From the NCBI GenBank assembly GCA_963693365.1, contig CAVNZM010000004.1, positions 8,345,093 to 8,409,092 on the forward strand: 64,000 bases of DNA. Direction: 5' to 3'. Under the pieces are notes generated by a model, which was not told where the DNA came from, made no database searches, and saw nothing but the letters and a program-made list of their open reading frames with translations. Each line of letters begins with the position of its first letter. The stretch's first letter is position 1. The translations under genes were made by a program, and so were the position numbers. This document shows, one piece after another, positions 11,771 through 48,369 of the stretch. The DNA comes from Amoebidium appalachense (taxonomy: Eukaryota; Protista; Ichthyosporea).

Positions 11771-12569
11771 AGTATTTATTATTGCAGAATTCGCCGTTTC
11801 TTATTAGTTTACAGACGTCGGAAACCTCATATTAAGATGCTCAGAATCGCCTTCACAGTATGCTTTGTTTTCGACGTCGACGATACCCATCATGTTAGCC
11901 TACACAGTATACATACGTAGAACAGGCTTACGACGTCCATAGCACATCTATAGCATTGGAATAGGTGCTACATTTGGTTAATGGACGGTGTAAACGCATG
12001 CACAGCATGTCCATAGGATGACGTTGGCATATACACATGAGGGTCGAGAAATCAGTGGACCTCTTTATTACCCTGTAACATGCTTGTCGACGTCGACGAT
12101 GGGTTTTCAGCTTTTCCATCCATTAAAATGTCGAGGGTACCAAACGCAGCCACTCAGGTATCGTAAACTACTCCGAACCCGTCGTCGACGTCGTAGAGGG
12201 GTTTCCGATGGGGGGGGAAGATTGCTGATGTACCCACTCCATACATGCTTACGCTGAGCGATAACGGGCAGCTCGAACCAGATTTTTTCACTTGTAGACA
12301 CACATAAATCCTAACTAACCAACCCCCACTTTATAATCAAAATTTCATTTTCTCCCCCGGTTTCTGCGGGAATTCTCTCACAAGTGACATGGAGTTTATA
12401 TCAAAAGTTGAATTTTCAAACCTTCCGGCCTCGATTGACTGACTGGATCAATTATGGAATTTGGTCGATCTTGATCTGATGCGCACCCCCAATTTTTATT
12501 TGAAAACCATCCCCCAAGTCTCCTTAAAACGCAGATCATGGATCTTTAATTCCCGGTGGAATGACATTC

Positions 12570-12815
12570 GCAACCAATCAAACAACGGTAACGACACGAT
12601 AACGCATTCTTTCCCCCATGGCACACTATGTGCATAGTAACCAGGCTGGTCAGGGAGTTTCCGGCGTTCCCTCCGCCCTAATCAAATCGCTCAATATCCT
12701 AAATGGAATGTTACGTCATAGTTTCCGGCGTCACCTCCGATTGGTCAGCTGAAGTTTTCATCCAATGAACGCACCGCGTTTAGAGCTAGTGCAGAATACA
12801 CTGATTGGCTGAAAA
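12570..12815. promoter_or_regulatory. CCAAT-box cluster upstream of the LRRFIP-like gene (putative promoter)
   Basis: CCAAT/ATTGG at about 12574, 12740, 12762 and 12804; gtttccggcgt..cctccg occurs twice (12657, 12721). A regulatory function is inferred from position only. Confidence 0.3.
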
Positions 12816-13358
12816 ATGTATTATCGCCTAAGTCTTTTTACAGCCAAAAATAAGTAATACTTTACTTGATATGCAAGCTAACAATTTAATCAACTTGAAA
12901 TTATTTATATGACTTAGTGCTATATATAAAAAAGAGTTATATTAGTGTAAGTAGATGCCATAAGTTAGGCTTTTATATGTGTTGTTGATTTTAGATTTTG
13001 ACAGTAATGATACATCCAATCCGTCTGATGCTGGTACTAATTGTTTTGCCACCCCTCTCCGCCAAAGTCCCAGCTCCGGAATGTGAACCTTAGCACTGCT
13101 GCTAGTATAGAGGTGCGCTGGGATGCACGGCTGTCGGTCGGGCGACGGGCAGGTCGTGGTCGTCGACACTGGTCGATAGGCGTCAATAATTGCTGATCAG
13201 TTCGCTGTTCGAAAGGTCATGCAGCAGCTGCTACGTTTTGGCCAACTTGCATCAAGAGTGTAGACTGTGGCGCAAGCTTACCACAGATTCTCATGCACTT
13301 CGACTGAGTGGGTGCTCTTCAAGTTATATTAGTAAATCTTGCACCCACGCGTACCACC

Positions 13359-25813
<12,455 letters not shown>

Positions 25814-26476
25814 ATGCACGTGGTCAACTGTTGAAGCGCATTTATCATAATAATCACCCCCCCCCCCCCCCCCCCCCCTCCTCCTCCTCCCCCCCTTCCC
25901 CCCCCAGAAAAAAAAAAAAAAAAAAATTGCCCGCCCACCCACCCGCCCGCCCTTTCTTCTGGTGAGGCCCGTAGAGCATGAAAAAACAGGCTGGAAGTTC
26001 CCTAATTGGAGTGGCAATGATTCATACAAGCCACATCGATTTGTTCAAGTTTCAAGCATTATGAGGGGCATAGATAGTGTACATACGGACACCGGTCGTG
26101 CCCCCGTAGTACCAAATGTGGTTTATGCATGAATGCAATAGAAATTTTTCGGCATGAATATAGTCTGAATACAGATTTTAAACGAGCACTCAAGCTCAAG
26201 TTTACAAAGCAACTAATTCCCCCAATTTGAAGTAATTACCACACTAGGTAACAACGAGGCTGACAGCTTATTTGTTACAGATTTAAATTGAGAACTAGGT
26301 GACAAAAACCTGTTTTCGATTCTAATCAAACTGCAGCTGTTTCAAAGGTGCTGTTATGTATGGTAACACTTGCAACACCATGATAATACAGGACAATGCC
26401 CCGCTCTTCGAGCTGTAATGGAACAAGGCTCATGATCAATGGTCCAAGCCAGATCCCGCACATCATGATAACTATT

Positions 26477-26529
<53 letters not shown>

Positions 26530-27242
26530 AAAAAAAACAAACAAACAAAAAACCAGTACCCAACCCCCGGCCAACCCTCCTCTTCTTCTCCCCCCTCCCC
26601 CCCCCCCCCCCCCCCCCCTTTTGGTTTGCCGCTAAGTTAGAATGCACGTGTAGAGTGGAGATGTACATGTGGCTTTTGGCTCGATGAAAATAAACGGCCT
26701 TCTGGGCCTTCGACAGCAACTGTGATGGGTACCGGCGTCCATGTATACATGAACGCACCAAGTGCATTATATGTATTCAACTGGCAGGTGCGCCAGGCCG
26801 TCCCATACGTAAGCGAACATCTACGGATAGGTACGCATACATGTGGCATGATGATCCACTGGGGGGAGGGGGGGAGGGGGGGGGGGGGGGGGGGGGGGGG
26901 TGAAGTATCTTAAAGCAACCACCGCTACGTCCATTTTAGCGTCTGGGCGGGGAGCCACCTTGGTGACGTCATTCTGTGCACAAATGGCACAAAGAAAGCT
27001 GGCTCTGTCGAATGTCGACATCGGCATGTGACACAATTTGATCGAATCTCTTGATTGTGAGACGCATTTGAGTCGAAAATGTGGCTCTCGGGAAAATGGA
27101 AGAAGCGGTGGTTGGTTTGAAGTTATAATTGGTGGATTCATTTTTAGATCGTGTAATTCAATTCGTAGATCTATACCCAGCTCAAAGATCCAATAAGATT
27201 TCTGCATATAATTGGTTGGTTAGAGATCTAGATGGCGAGCCT

Positions 27243-27515
27243 CAGGGTTCGATTTTTGTTTATGAATTTTTCGGAGGCCCAGATAACGTTATATCTCCAC
27301 ATACGATGTCTATCTGATACGTTATATCTCCACATAAAAATCTGTATGATGTAAGTGTAACATCGATTTGTACATGTATATCTTGTTGGGTGGAAGTACT
27401 GTTGGCCTTGGTGCCGACATCTCATCACAGCTCACCTACATGTCGTTAATAAACAGCACATCCCCCCCAGGCGCAACCCACCCTTTCGGAATTGCCTAAA
27501 AAACTTTCGGAAAAA

Positions 27516-27573
<58 letters not shown>

Positions 27574-27767
27574 CGGGTCAGCTGATATTCATGGGTCGGT
27601 GCTCGGAGGCAAGCATGCGAATGCTCCCCTCCCCTTCCCCCTCCCACCCCTCCCCTTCGCCCCTCCACCCGCCTCCTCCCCACTCCCCGATCCCCTGCAT
27701 GGTCTTTCGGGAACGGTCCAAAAAGTTTCGGAAATTCCGAAACGTTTTTTCGGAAAATCGAACCCTG
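27243..27767. mobile_element. hAT-type MITE, 525 bp
   Basis: Perfect 14-bp TIR, cagggttcgatttt / aaaatcgaaccctg. 8-bp TSD gcgagcct (27235-27242) / gcgagtct (27768-27775), 7/8 identical. Subterminal tttcgga motifs are repeated. Confidence 0.88.
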
Positions 27768-28131
27768 GCGAGTCTGGATGACGGACAAAACTAGGCACCC
27801 ACATGCACTTGCAAACACGCCCACGCACACGCGCTCACCTACAAGTTTAGACCTCACTGCCACAACTTCGAAGTGACCTGGGCAGTGGGCACACTCTACT
27901 CTACGCCAGGGAGCTCGTGTGCTAACGACGGAATTTTTGTGGGCAGCTTTAATTATTAGGTACAGAAATTAAGCTAGAGGTCACCTTTATGCGCTACATC
28001 ACAAAGGCTGTGCATCTTCGAATTCCTACCCACCCATTAATTAAACACCTACACGTGCTTGGTCCCTGCTTTTCCCTCATGCCCCCAAAACTAGTTATGT
28101 AGTTTACGTAGACTACGAGTGTCATGGTAAC

Positions 28132-29000
28132 ATGCACATGTCGCCGGTGAGAAAACATTCACCTGCTGGCTTCCGAATCATGACTCCACGTGCCCACATC
28201 ATCCACGGCAGGCGCCCACCGATCGGTCGTATACTCGCTGGTGCAACAAGATCCATCATTCTCCTGTTAATTTCTGCGCTGTGCTTTTATTTCGTAGTAG
28301 TCATGGTTGCAAACACAGAGACGCTTTATGTAGGCCAGGCGAAGTACACCTTTTCGCACGCTGTAAACAGTCAACATGACCTTGCAGCTGCACTAAGAAC
28401 AACAACTAACATAATAGAGGCGGATGTTACTTTAAGTGATTCTAAAAATGTACCCATAATGGCACATCCTTCTGCCACCGAGTCAGACCTAGCACTTTCT
28501 GATTTCTTGGATGCTATCAACGTTCACAATGCACAAAATGCTGCCCAAAAAAGAATAATCAAGCTCGACTTCAAGTATGATAATGCCCTTAATCCGTCGC
28601 TAACCCTAATCAAGCAAAATTGGAAAGGAGCTGCTCCTTGGCTTAACGCCGACATTCTTGCCGGGCCGGGTGGAGTTCCTCCCACGGTTCGGGCCGACCC
28701 TTTTGTGGAGGAATGTGTGAGGCTGTTTCCCGATGCAGTTTTGTCGTTGGGGTGGACCGTTTCCTCTTCCGCCTGGGAGGTTGGCTACACTGAGGCCATG
28801 GTGGACGACATGATTGAGGTGGGTGGTTAACATATTTCTTTCATTTTTTTGGTTTCTCTTGTTCAAGGCTTTTCCGTCTTTCGTTTTTCTTTTTTTTTTT
28901 TTTTTTTAAGGGGGAAGCCTATGGGGAATGGGGAGCGGTAAGGTGAGAGGGGGAGCGGGGGGAGGGACGGGGAGGGGAGAGAAAGAGAGAGGGAGAGAAA

Positions 29001-29034
<34 letters not shown>

Positions 29035-29627
29035 GGGGGGTCGTGGTGTTTGGGCGGTAAAGGGTTGGGGGCTGGTTGGTTGTGAAAGTGGGTAGAGAAC
29101 AGAGAGCGAGTGAAAGACGGGTAGAAGTGTGGAGAAGGTTTTTTTTTTTTTTTTTTTTTTGGGGGGGGGGGGAGGAGGGGGGGAGGGGGGAGGAGGAGGG
29201 GGGGGGGAGGTGGTGGTGGGGAGGGGGGGGGGAGGGGGGTGTAAAGGCTTGCTGTGTGGGTGTTTCAACTGTCCCTGTGTATATGTGCCTGCTTGTGTGT
29301 GTGTGTAGGTGCTGCAGATAGCTGCGAGATGGAAAGCGTGAGAGGACGTGGGGTTGAACATACAGGGGGGGAGGTGGGTATGATACGGGGAGAAGGCAAC
29401 ATCTTGGTTGTTTTATAAAAAAATGCGTTTGTGATGGTGTGTGTGTGTGCGTGTTTGGGGGGAGGGGGGGGGGGGGGGGGGGAGGAGGGGGGGGGGGAGG
29501 AAGGGGGGTGGGGGGGGGTTGCATGGTGTGCGATGGAGTGGTAGGTGTGGGGGTGATTCCGTTTCAATCCGTGTTTGGCATCCATATTTTTTTTTGTCTG
29601 TTGCACCCTCTATTTTCGTTCGCACCA

Positions 29628-29672
<45 letters not shown>

Positions 29673-31096
29673 TGCATTCACTTTTGTGTGGTGCAGAGCA
29701 TTCGGGATTCATTTTAAAAAAAATTAGGACTTCGGTATGTACATGCTAAATTCAATTAATGCATTTTGGTAACTTCGGTATATAATAAATCATAGGCTGA
29801 CACTTTAGTTTGGCAGTAGACATATTTTGTTCAGTTTAACCTCTTGAGGACCGTCCTAATTGATTTGGACGGGTCCCGTCCAAAGCCTAAACAACTCTAT
29901 TACGGCTCAAGATCAATAGAAAAAACCCCCAAATTAATTGTAAATGTCAACAGGCATGTATCTTAACTACATACTTTCCTAAGTAAGTTTGTAAAAATTG
30001 TTAATATTTCATATACTTTTGTATCTGTTTCTCGAGCGACTTTCGAGGTTTTGAGAAATCTGGTGGTTGCCATCAGATGAGCAACGCATGTGAGCAAGCA
30101 CAGCCAATCATATCACACCATTTCTGAATGGTCCAATCAGAAGTTGCTTTGTCCGTCCGCAACAGAAAACAAAATAGTTTGGCAGTAGACATATTTTGTT
30201 CAGTTTAATTGGTCTCTGGAGCGTAGATGTGTGTGCCTCATATGACGAGTGCACTGTCATGAGGAATGTGGGTCGGACTGTGAATGCCTTTTTCTTTGGT
30301 GGTGATGGTGGTGTGTGTGTGAGGTGGTGGTGGTGGTGGCGGTGTGTGTGGTGGTGATGGTGATGGTGGTGATGGCGTGTGTGTGTGTGGTGGTGGTGAT
30401 GGTGTGTGTGTTGTGGTGGTGGTGGTGGTGGTGTGTGTGTGTGTAGTGGTGGTGGCGGTGGTGGTGGTGTGTGTGTGTGGTGGTGGTGGTGGTGATGGTG
30501 TGTGTGTGTGTGTGTGTGGTGGTGGTGGTGGTGGTGGTGATGGTGTGTGTGTGTGTGGTGATGGTGGTGGTGTGTGTGTGTGTGTGTGTGTGGTGATGGT
30601 GGTGTGTGTGTGTGTGGTGGTGGTGGTGGTGTGTGTGTGTGTGGTGGTGGTGGTGGTGGTGTGTGTGTGTGGTGGTGGTGGTGTGTGTGTGTGTGTGTGG
30701 GCCCCGGGGGGGGGGGGGGGGGGGGAGCAAGAGAGGAGGGGGGGGGGGGGGGGTATAGAGAAGAAAGAGGGACTCTCCTGTACGAAGGAAGGGCCATACA
30801 AAACACACTCGGGCTGATTGTTGTTTTCACAGGTGCTGGACAGGCACCAGCTGAGGGTACGTGAGGTAACGTTTGCAGTTCACGCCATCCACGCAATGAA
30901 CAGCCCCGCACAGATGCGGCGCCTTCTAGACTATTCTCCAAAGACCACCCTGACGGTCTGGGGGGAGGCTGATGACGAAATTCTGTCGTTTTTTGAGAAT
31001 TTCGCTCCGGGGAGGGTTTACGTGGACGTGAAGCCCATGCGGACAAAGGTGTGGGCTATGGTGCATGTCGGTAGACTGTTTGGGCTAATGAAGTAA
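28132..31096 (+). CDS. FAM151: FAM151/menorin-family protein with an N-terminal hydrophobic segment, 2 exons (28132-28818, 30833-31096), ~316 aa
   Basis: Motifs HAVNS, IEADV, PIMAHP, IKLDFK, WLNADILAGPGG, LSLGWT, VTFAV, LTVW and RVYVDV. The phase-0 intron 28819-30832 joins the exons in frame. The start Met is uncertain. Confidence 0.9.
29806..30208. repeat. Perfect 34-bp direct repeat ending in TTAA, bracketing 335 bp of unique sequence
   Basis: tagtttggcagtagacatattttgttcagtttaa at 29806-29839 and 30175-30208. Confidence 0.9.
30297..30700. repeat. Compound (GGT)n/(GT)n microsatellite
   Basis: Alternating ggt and gt blocks in the FAM151 intron. Confidence 0.95.
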
Positions 31097-31633
31097 TGAT
31101 AGAACGTGGTTTACTAGCAGAGTAGTAATGTGGTCTAGCATGTATAATAGCATCAGTAGTAGTGTAGTATGGTATATTAACATATAAGTGGTATACTGTG
31201 TTTGACAGTGGGCCAGGCGTTCTTATATTGCGAAGGGGATGGGGGGGGGGGGGGAGGGGGGGGGGGGGGGGAGGGAGGGAGGAGGATGGTGTGTTTCTTT
31301 TCTTTTTTTTTTTTTTTTTTTTTTTTGGGGGGGGGGGGTTGATACCTGTATAATCAGAATTCGAATCGTTTTTTTTGGTGGGGTTTCCAAATGTCGGATG
31401 TTGTCTAGTTCCGAATGATTGGGTTTGTATGCTGTGAGTGTTTGCTGGAAAAGGGGGTGTGTAGGATTCTGCAACGTAAAGAAACTTTGCCTCTTAGACT
31501 GCTTACCTGCCCCAAATTCGAATGTGCTTTGACGAAGGAATTCCAAAAAAAAATCGGGTAATGTAACTATGGCGGTTCGAATGCTAGATTTAAACAATCT
31601 GGCTAAAAGAATTGCTAAGCAACTCCAACATGT

Positions 31634-31679
<46 letters not shown>

Positions 31680-31873
31680 TTCTCTCACGGTGGATGAATT
31701 TGTTTTCGGGAACCTCCTGAGAATTGTGGCGGCTTTAAATTTATGATGCACACGAACACTCTTTGTATGCATGGCCTTGAAACATCTACAAAATTTTGCT
31801 GTCCGTACGCGTCATGAATGGGCACCTCCTACGCGGTGTACGATAGCACATTAATTAAAATCCTTCCCCCCCC

Positions 31874-31904
<31 letters not shown>

Positions 31905-32694
31905 ACACACACACCACCACCACCACCACCACCACCACCACCACCACCACCACACCCACCCACCCAACAATAACAACCCCGAACAAAAAAAAATGGGGGG
32001 GGGGGGCATGTCGCTTCTTTTGTGTACGTGTGAGGTCACATAGCCACAGCACAGCCCAGTTCAGAGATTGTGAATATATTCCACTTGCAATTGGGGAGTT
32101 ACAATTGCAGTTTGATTCTGTCGGAGAGTTACAACGGGAACCTACATGCACACACCAACCTGTACAAACTGCAGGTGTAAAATTCAATGATACACCATCT
32201 ACCCGGTACAAATACGTTAACCCAATTCTTATCAGTTTTTGCTTTCAAATTCTATACCCAATGATTATAAGACTTAAATTCACGGAACATGCACGTAACG
32301 GCAACAGACCCTCGGTTGCAATAATTCAAATCGATTATCGAGCCATTTATAAATCATTCACTGCATACCTCTAGTTAGAAGAGATACAGCCATCATTCGT
32401 TCTAAACATATCCCGAATTAAAAATATACAGGCTGCACAAGAAAATGTTTTTGATTTCCAAATCGCACAAATTGAATCAGCAGTATCACGCGTACATCCA
32501 CATTCTTCCAACAGCACACACTCCTACTACTAAACCGTTATATACCACTAAATAAAACGCCTACACACACCGGATCAAAAAAAAACACCGGTCAAAAGAG
32601 AACATCAGGAATTTGTTCAAATTGATATACATTCAAGTTGCAGATCGCAAATTTCCATTTTTCCATTTTGCGACCTTTTGCAGGGGATCACACT

Positions 32695-42588
<9,894 letters not shown>

Positions 42589-44039
42589 ACTTCCCCTGGA
42601 TGCGTCTTGTCTGCCTGGTGGCAACAGAGTGTTTTGGCAACACTAGTAGGCTGAAACATTCACAGTAGAGCGTGTTAAAGCTCTAAGCAACTGCCAGCCG
42701 TTAACCTAAAAAGATCTTGGTTTCAAACTACACTAGGTTAAGTCTTGTGCATAACTTTAAAGGTCCCCTGAGCTCCTGCAGATGTCCTTAACCCAGCGCG
42801 TCCAAACAGAGAATTCTTGGTTTGTCTACAGCTTTCCAGGCCTTTCAGGGCGATTCCTTTCAAACCCAACCCGTTTTCCCCACGAGGCAGTATTCTGATG
42901 TTACGAATCTCTACATCCGTCCTGGGAGTCCCGGACTTTGCCCACCATAGGGTGTGTAAAATGAACTAATTTCCATATGATGCTTCCGTTAGTCAAAATA
43001 TGAAATTCGTTTAGTCAACACGTGAAACTAAGTGAGCTGTGTTTCGTGCATGCACCAGACCACCTTGCACCCTTTTAGACCAAAGTTCCTGCATCCCCAT
43101 ATCTGCCTATTGATACACCTATTAGGACTTTGTTTGTCCAGTGCATACGTGACACGAGAGAGTGACTCAGAATTATGTTTTTTGAACGTGGGCGGGAGAC
43201 ATTTTGTCTGCTGCATGAGCATCTGCAAATATATCCCTACCCGACCCCCTCAGACATACAGGGTAGGAAGGCTGCTTTTCATAAACACTGATTAATGCGT
43301 TTCCTTGAATCCAATGATCATTACAAACGGTAAACACATCAATCAAACATACCGTTTTTCAGTGTATATCCTTGCATTATTTCATTAGGGAATGCATTGG
43401 TATAGCAACTGCATTCCAGCCATTCCTCTTCGAATATCCAGATAACCGGCCATAATGAGAGAACCTTCATAAACGGACAAAAAAAAAGTCGTGCTAATTG
43501 TGTATGTTATCGCCCTATCTATCATCAATAAGGCTTTTCTTCTTATAGGGAAATATCAGACAGCTTGATGCTGCCGAAACTGATGTTATGTTCATTAATA
43601 TGGCGCCAACGGTGCGCTCAGCTGGGCAGGATATCGATTTATCGGCCCAGATCTCAGACGTCAGAGGCTCATGAGTCGTGACTCACTGACTCCAAGCTCA
43701 TAGTTCAAAGCTCCAAGTTCAGAATCAGAAGTTGGCATGAATCATTCGTCGGAGTCACCGGCGCGTGGGGCGCACGTGTGTTGAATGGGCACAAACGTTA
43801 ACTTGTAGAGACTCTGTGTGCTTGACCAGGGCTTGGCGGCAGAGCCACTGAGTGTACACGGCATCATGACCAGATAATGACGAAAATGAGCATTTGAAAC
43901 ATTCGAATATTCGATTCAAAAGACTGAAAGAACTGAGGTTTGAGCACAACAAATTTTAACAAAGCTGATCATGATCCCGGCCGGGCCCACTGTGACCTCC
44001 ACCACTGATCACATGTACCGTCAGTACGGCCGCGGTGCA

Positions 44040-44352
44040 CACCGTGACCGTGACCGTGACGCACGCACACATGCACACACGCACACACACGTGTGAAATG
44101 CACACCGTAGACATATTATACACACACACAGACACATACGAACACAAACGCGTTCAGTGTGACACACCGTGCCACACTGACACACACACACACACACACA
44201 CAACGGTGGCACCCGTAGTACTGTCACACACTGACACACCCTCAGTAGTACGCACGGTGACAGTATCACACTCTCTCTTTCCACGCCAGCCGTGACACTT
44301 GTACACACACACACAAACATACACCGTGATACACACACACACACCGTGGCAG

Positions 44353-44411
<59 letters not shown>

Positions 44412-44494
44412 GCACACACACACTGCACGCACGCACTGCACACACACACACACACCGTGGCACACACACACACACGTGTACACACACACACTGT

Positions 44495-44564
<70 letters not shown>

Positions 44565-44685
44565 ACACTGTACACACACACACACACATACAGTCACACA
44601 CTGTGTGACACACACACACCCACACACACACACACACACACATACACCCACACACACACACACAAAGTGTCACACACACACACAG
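44040..44685. repeat. Interrupted (CA)n low-complexity array
   Basis: CA runs punctuated by caccgtg(a/g) motifs. Confidence 0.85.
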
Positions 44686-45448
44686 TTTAAATATAAGGGA
44701 GGGAAAAAATTTAAAGGCAGCAGGTCAACCGTTTTTGTATGGTCCAGAAGCATGCGCACACTGTGAAGTTCACTGAAAGCTTCAGTAAACTCAGTGTCAG
44801 GACGGTCACACGGCATGACCAGCCTAGTAATAAATTAGAAAGAGGGGCCTTTCAAATAATTGAAGCAACTCTTATAATCGCTCTCAGAAAACAAAGGTGA
44901 AATAGAATCTGTGAGTCACCGTCAGTCTCCGGCGGAGAGAATTGTTTTAGGGAGGGAGGCTAATGCGAGTCCTATTTCATCTTTGTTCTAAGCCATCGCC
45001 AAATATTAATGATTTTCTTTCGCCGGAGTCCCCTTGCGAGGTCCTTTAATTTAAGTTACGTTTGTGTGTGCTCACCAAACACTTCTTTCCTCTTGTCCCG
45101 TAATTACCTTTCAAATTGTGCTCAGAATGTCTTTCTTTTGCTTCCACCGATACTCGCTACCACGTGCGCCATGGCACATTGTGCTTGACAATCACACGTC
45201 TGTACCGACCAATCAGCAGGCGGCATCAGATATATTCTTGAGCGGCGCTAGCACGTGCGTTGCTCGACCACTGGAAGACATTGGTTGGTATGAAGACTCG
45301 TGGTCACCAGATCCAGCAAGGTGCATACGATGTGACTGAGCTTTACTGGTGGATGCACAAACAAAGGTGTGAGTGTTTTCGGTTTTCGCTAAATTTTATT
45401 CGCCGGTTTTTATTGGAACGATTTTTTTCACTGGATTTTTGCTTTTTT

Positions 45449-45501
<53 letters not shown>

Positions 45502-45956
45502 GGGGGGGGGGGGGCTATTGTTGTAAGGGGACTGAGTGTCAGCCTTACAACAATATGGTGCACGATATGATACACAGCAGTGTGCATTTTTTTTTTTTGG
45601 TCACTCGCATGCTTTGTAGTGTCCGCCGGTGTGCACACAGCCGCGAGGCATACACATAGTCTAATAATACTTCTCGGTTGAACTTATAACCCTTTATTCC
45701 ATAGCCTCACATGCATGACATGCAGAGATGATCATTGGTCGACAGTAATAGGTATCTGGCATGCAATCCATTGATAAGGCATAGTTCGTACAGTACGCCG
45801 CCTTGAAGAGTCAATGAATATAAGTTAAGCAAATCCACCCACCCGTGGCACCACCGAATACACCACCCGGGCCATCATAGGAAATATAGCCGTTGAATAG
45901 AATTGAAGGCTTTTTTCTTTTCTAAAATTTGGCACCCGCCTAACACCCCCCCCCCC

Positions 45957-45987
<31 letters not shown>

Positions 45988-46577
45988 ACATACACGCACA
46001 CACCCCAAAATGCAAAAACACCACCACACTACTACCACCCGGTAGAAAGAAAGGAACGGCACAACCCAACTTGAAACCCACGTGGCACACTGGCACACAC
46101 ACATCCGGCCAGCCTGCTCTGACTGCCGGCACACACACAGACCCACAGTCCCCTGCAAATCACACCTTTTAGTTCTCAATACTTCATTCAGAATTAGAAT
46201 ATTTCACCTGAGATAATTGGCACTAGATTTTCAAAGAAAAATTAAGATTCTAGGAGCGCCTAGTACCGAGGCTGGGGAAAAACTAAGATAACGTGGAGGG
46301 GGAAGGGGAGGATGGGAGAGGAGGAGAGGATTGGCGGAGGGGGGGCGGTGGCTTCCCTACTTGGTCTAGTCCGTATGATAGTATTATTATTAGGCTGTGC
46401 ACAACTCAGTCGGAAAAGCCCTTATATGCAGCAGATACTATTTCTTTTCCAGTTAGCTTGAAGACCTCGGACTCGGAGTCCGGAAGCTTATGATCAGTTG
46501 TTACCGGGCCAATCAACAGCCTGAAAAACTTTGACAATGTGTTATGCACGTGTGTGTGTCATCGTGTGACAGTGTGT

Positions 46578-46617
<40 letters not shown>

Positions 46618-46719
46618 CACGCGTGTGTGTCACAGTTTGTGTGTTCTCCGGGATGGGTGGGTGGGTAAGTGAATGTCCTGTCCTTCTGTGTGTGACACAC
46701 GGTGTGTGTTTGGTGTTTA

Positions 46720-46817
<98 letters not shown>

Positions 46818-48150
46818 GTGTGCGAGTGTCACAAGGGCGAAACGGTTTACATTAGTGGACCCACGTTGCCCGGTCTGGCACGTGCCCTATTTAATACTCC
46901 CTGGCTCTATGCACGGTGCAAAAATATGGCATTTGTCTGTTAGGCCACATGAGCATCGTCCAATCAAAACAAAGGCGCAGGTTAGTAAGACACTGCACTC
47001 AGTCTGACTACGGTATCATGGCATCCTTGCATAAGATCTCATCTGCATATTAAGATGTAGATCATATGCAATGATTGTTGCCGCGAAAGCCTTGAGAAAG
47101 CCAACGGATTGACATACAAATAATAGGGAAAATGAACTCGTCAACTTAGAACTTTCCGGTTACAAATATGGGGCGGGGCCGCGGGGCAGGGGGGCGGGGG
47201 GGGGGGGGGGGGGGGGGGGGAGAAGGGAGGGGGGGAGGGGGGAGGGGCGGGGGGCGGGGGGTGGGGGGGGGGGGGGGGGGGGGGAGGGGGGGACCCTTGC
47301 AGCTTGGAGCGGGAAGAAAATTGAGTCCGGTGCATAAGTGCTTATTACCGAAAGCCTGCACGTGGTTGTGGCGGGTAGAGCCTGGCTCTTCTCTGAGTGT
47401 TGTTTTGCATCAGTTTATGGGCAGGCAGAGTTTGCAGTGGTGTTATGACATCATACGACCAACACACTGTGACACGGCAATGAGTGGGAGTTGGCCACGT
47501 CTTTTCTGTTCAAGAAGTACACTGGTACTCCCGGCTAGCAATGTCTGTTAGAGAAAGTTTCTGAGCAATTGAATAATTGTTTCTGAATCAACACTCACTC
47601 GAGTGCATAGAGCTTTTGTTTACGGCCATATTCATATATGGTAGTTATATGTTTGAGTCAAAACTGTACCGGTGACGAGCTTCACTAGCAACGTGCTCAT
47701 TAATTAATATTCCCGGTTCAGATGATGTCATGTCTATATTTGCCACGGGATTCTATTCTTAGAGTGGTAGCGTGCATAAATCCCGAGCTATTCTCAGAAT
47801 ATGTTTAGTTGTGTGTAGTAAGTTTTACGTTTAACTGTGTGCTAAACACGTTTATTTGTGTGCTTTGGTGCAAGTAAACTAGCCACTCATCGTGCACAGT
47901 TTACGTTTATATTTGTAACGACTCGTTTTCATTGTGCTCTCTTTTCGGCCATGCTGTACATGGCCCACCACCAGGGTGCACACGAGGCCACCATGTGGTG
48001 GCCAACGACTATACGAGGCAGTGCCTCTCATGCCACAAGGATCACGTGGATGGGAAGCAGAACGTTTGATTTACACCTAAACACACTTTTCTATTGTCGT
48101 TTCCAGTGCACAAAACACATTATAGACTAGTGCCCATCACACATGACACC

Positions 48151-48369
48151 ATGTCTGACAATATACAGTTGCAGCATCTAGTCCAACTACTGGAGCAGAG
48201 GTTGGCCTCACAAGATGCAATCATTTCTGACTTAAAGAAGGACCACCGTGTATTAGAACTAGCTTCTATGAACACAATGTCCAACATTTTCAACTCTTCA
48301 AGTTTGCGGTTTACACAACTTCGGATTAATATTAAAAAACAAAGTATAAAACAATATTGTAATAAGTGA
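48151..48369 (+). CDS. Small coiled-coil-like ORF of unknown status
   Basis: MSDNIQLQHLVQLLEQRLASQDAIISDLKKDHRVLE has a heptad pattern. No family is recognised. Confidence 0.25.
   Translation: MSDNIQLQHLVQLLEQRLASQDAIISDLKKDHRVLELASMNTMSNIFNSSSLRFTQLRINIKKQSIKQYCNK

Noticed and set aside
12289-12386. Tiny 98-bp element between cacttgt (12289) and acaagtg (12386)
   Set aside because: The flanks (tt / ac) are not duplicated, whereas pairing with 7393 gives AC/AC and encloses the transposase. It does show that the 7-bp match can recur by chance.
31570-31590. tRNA T-loop-like ggttcgaat (also at ~59895)
   Set aside because: No cloverleaf or A-box context is present, and the second instance is inside a VPS39 exon.
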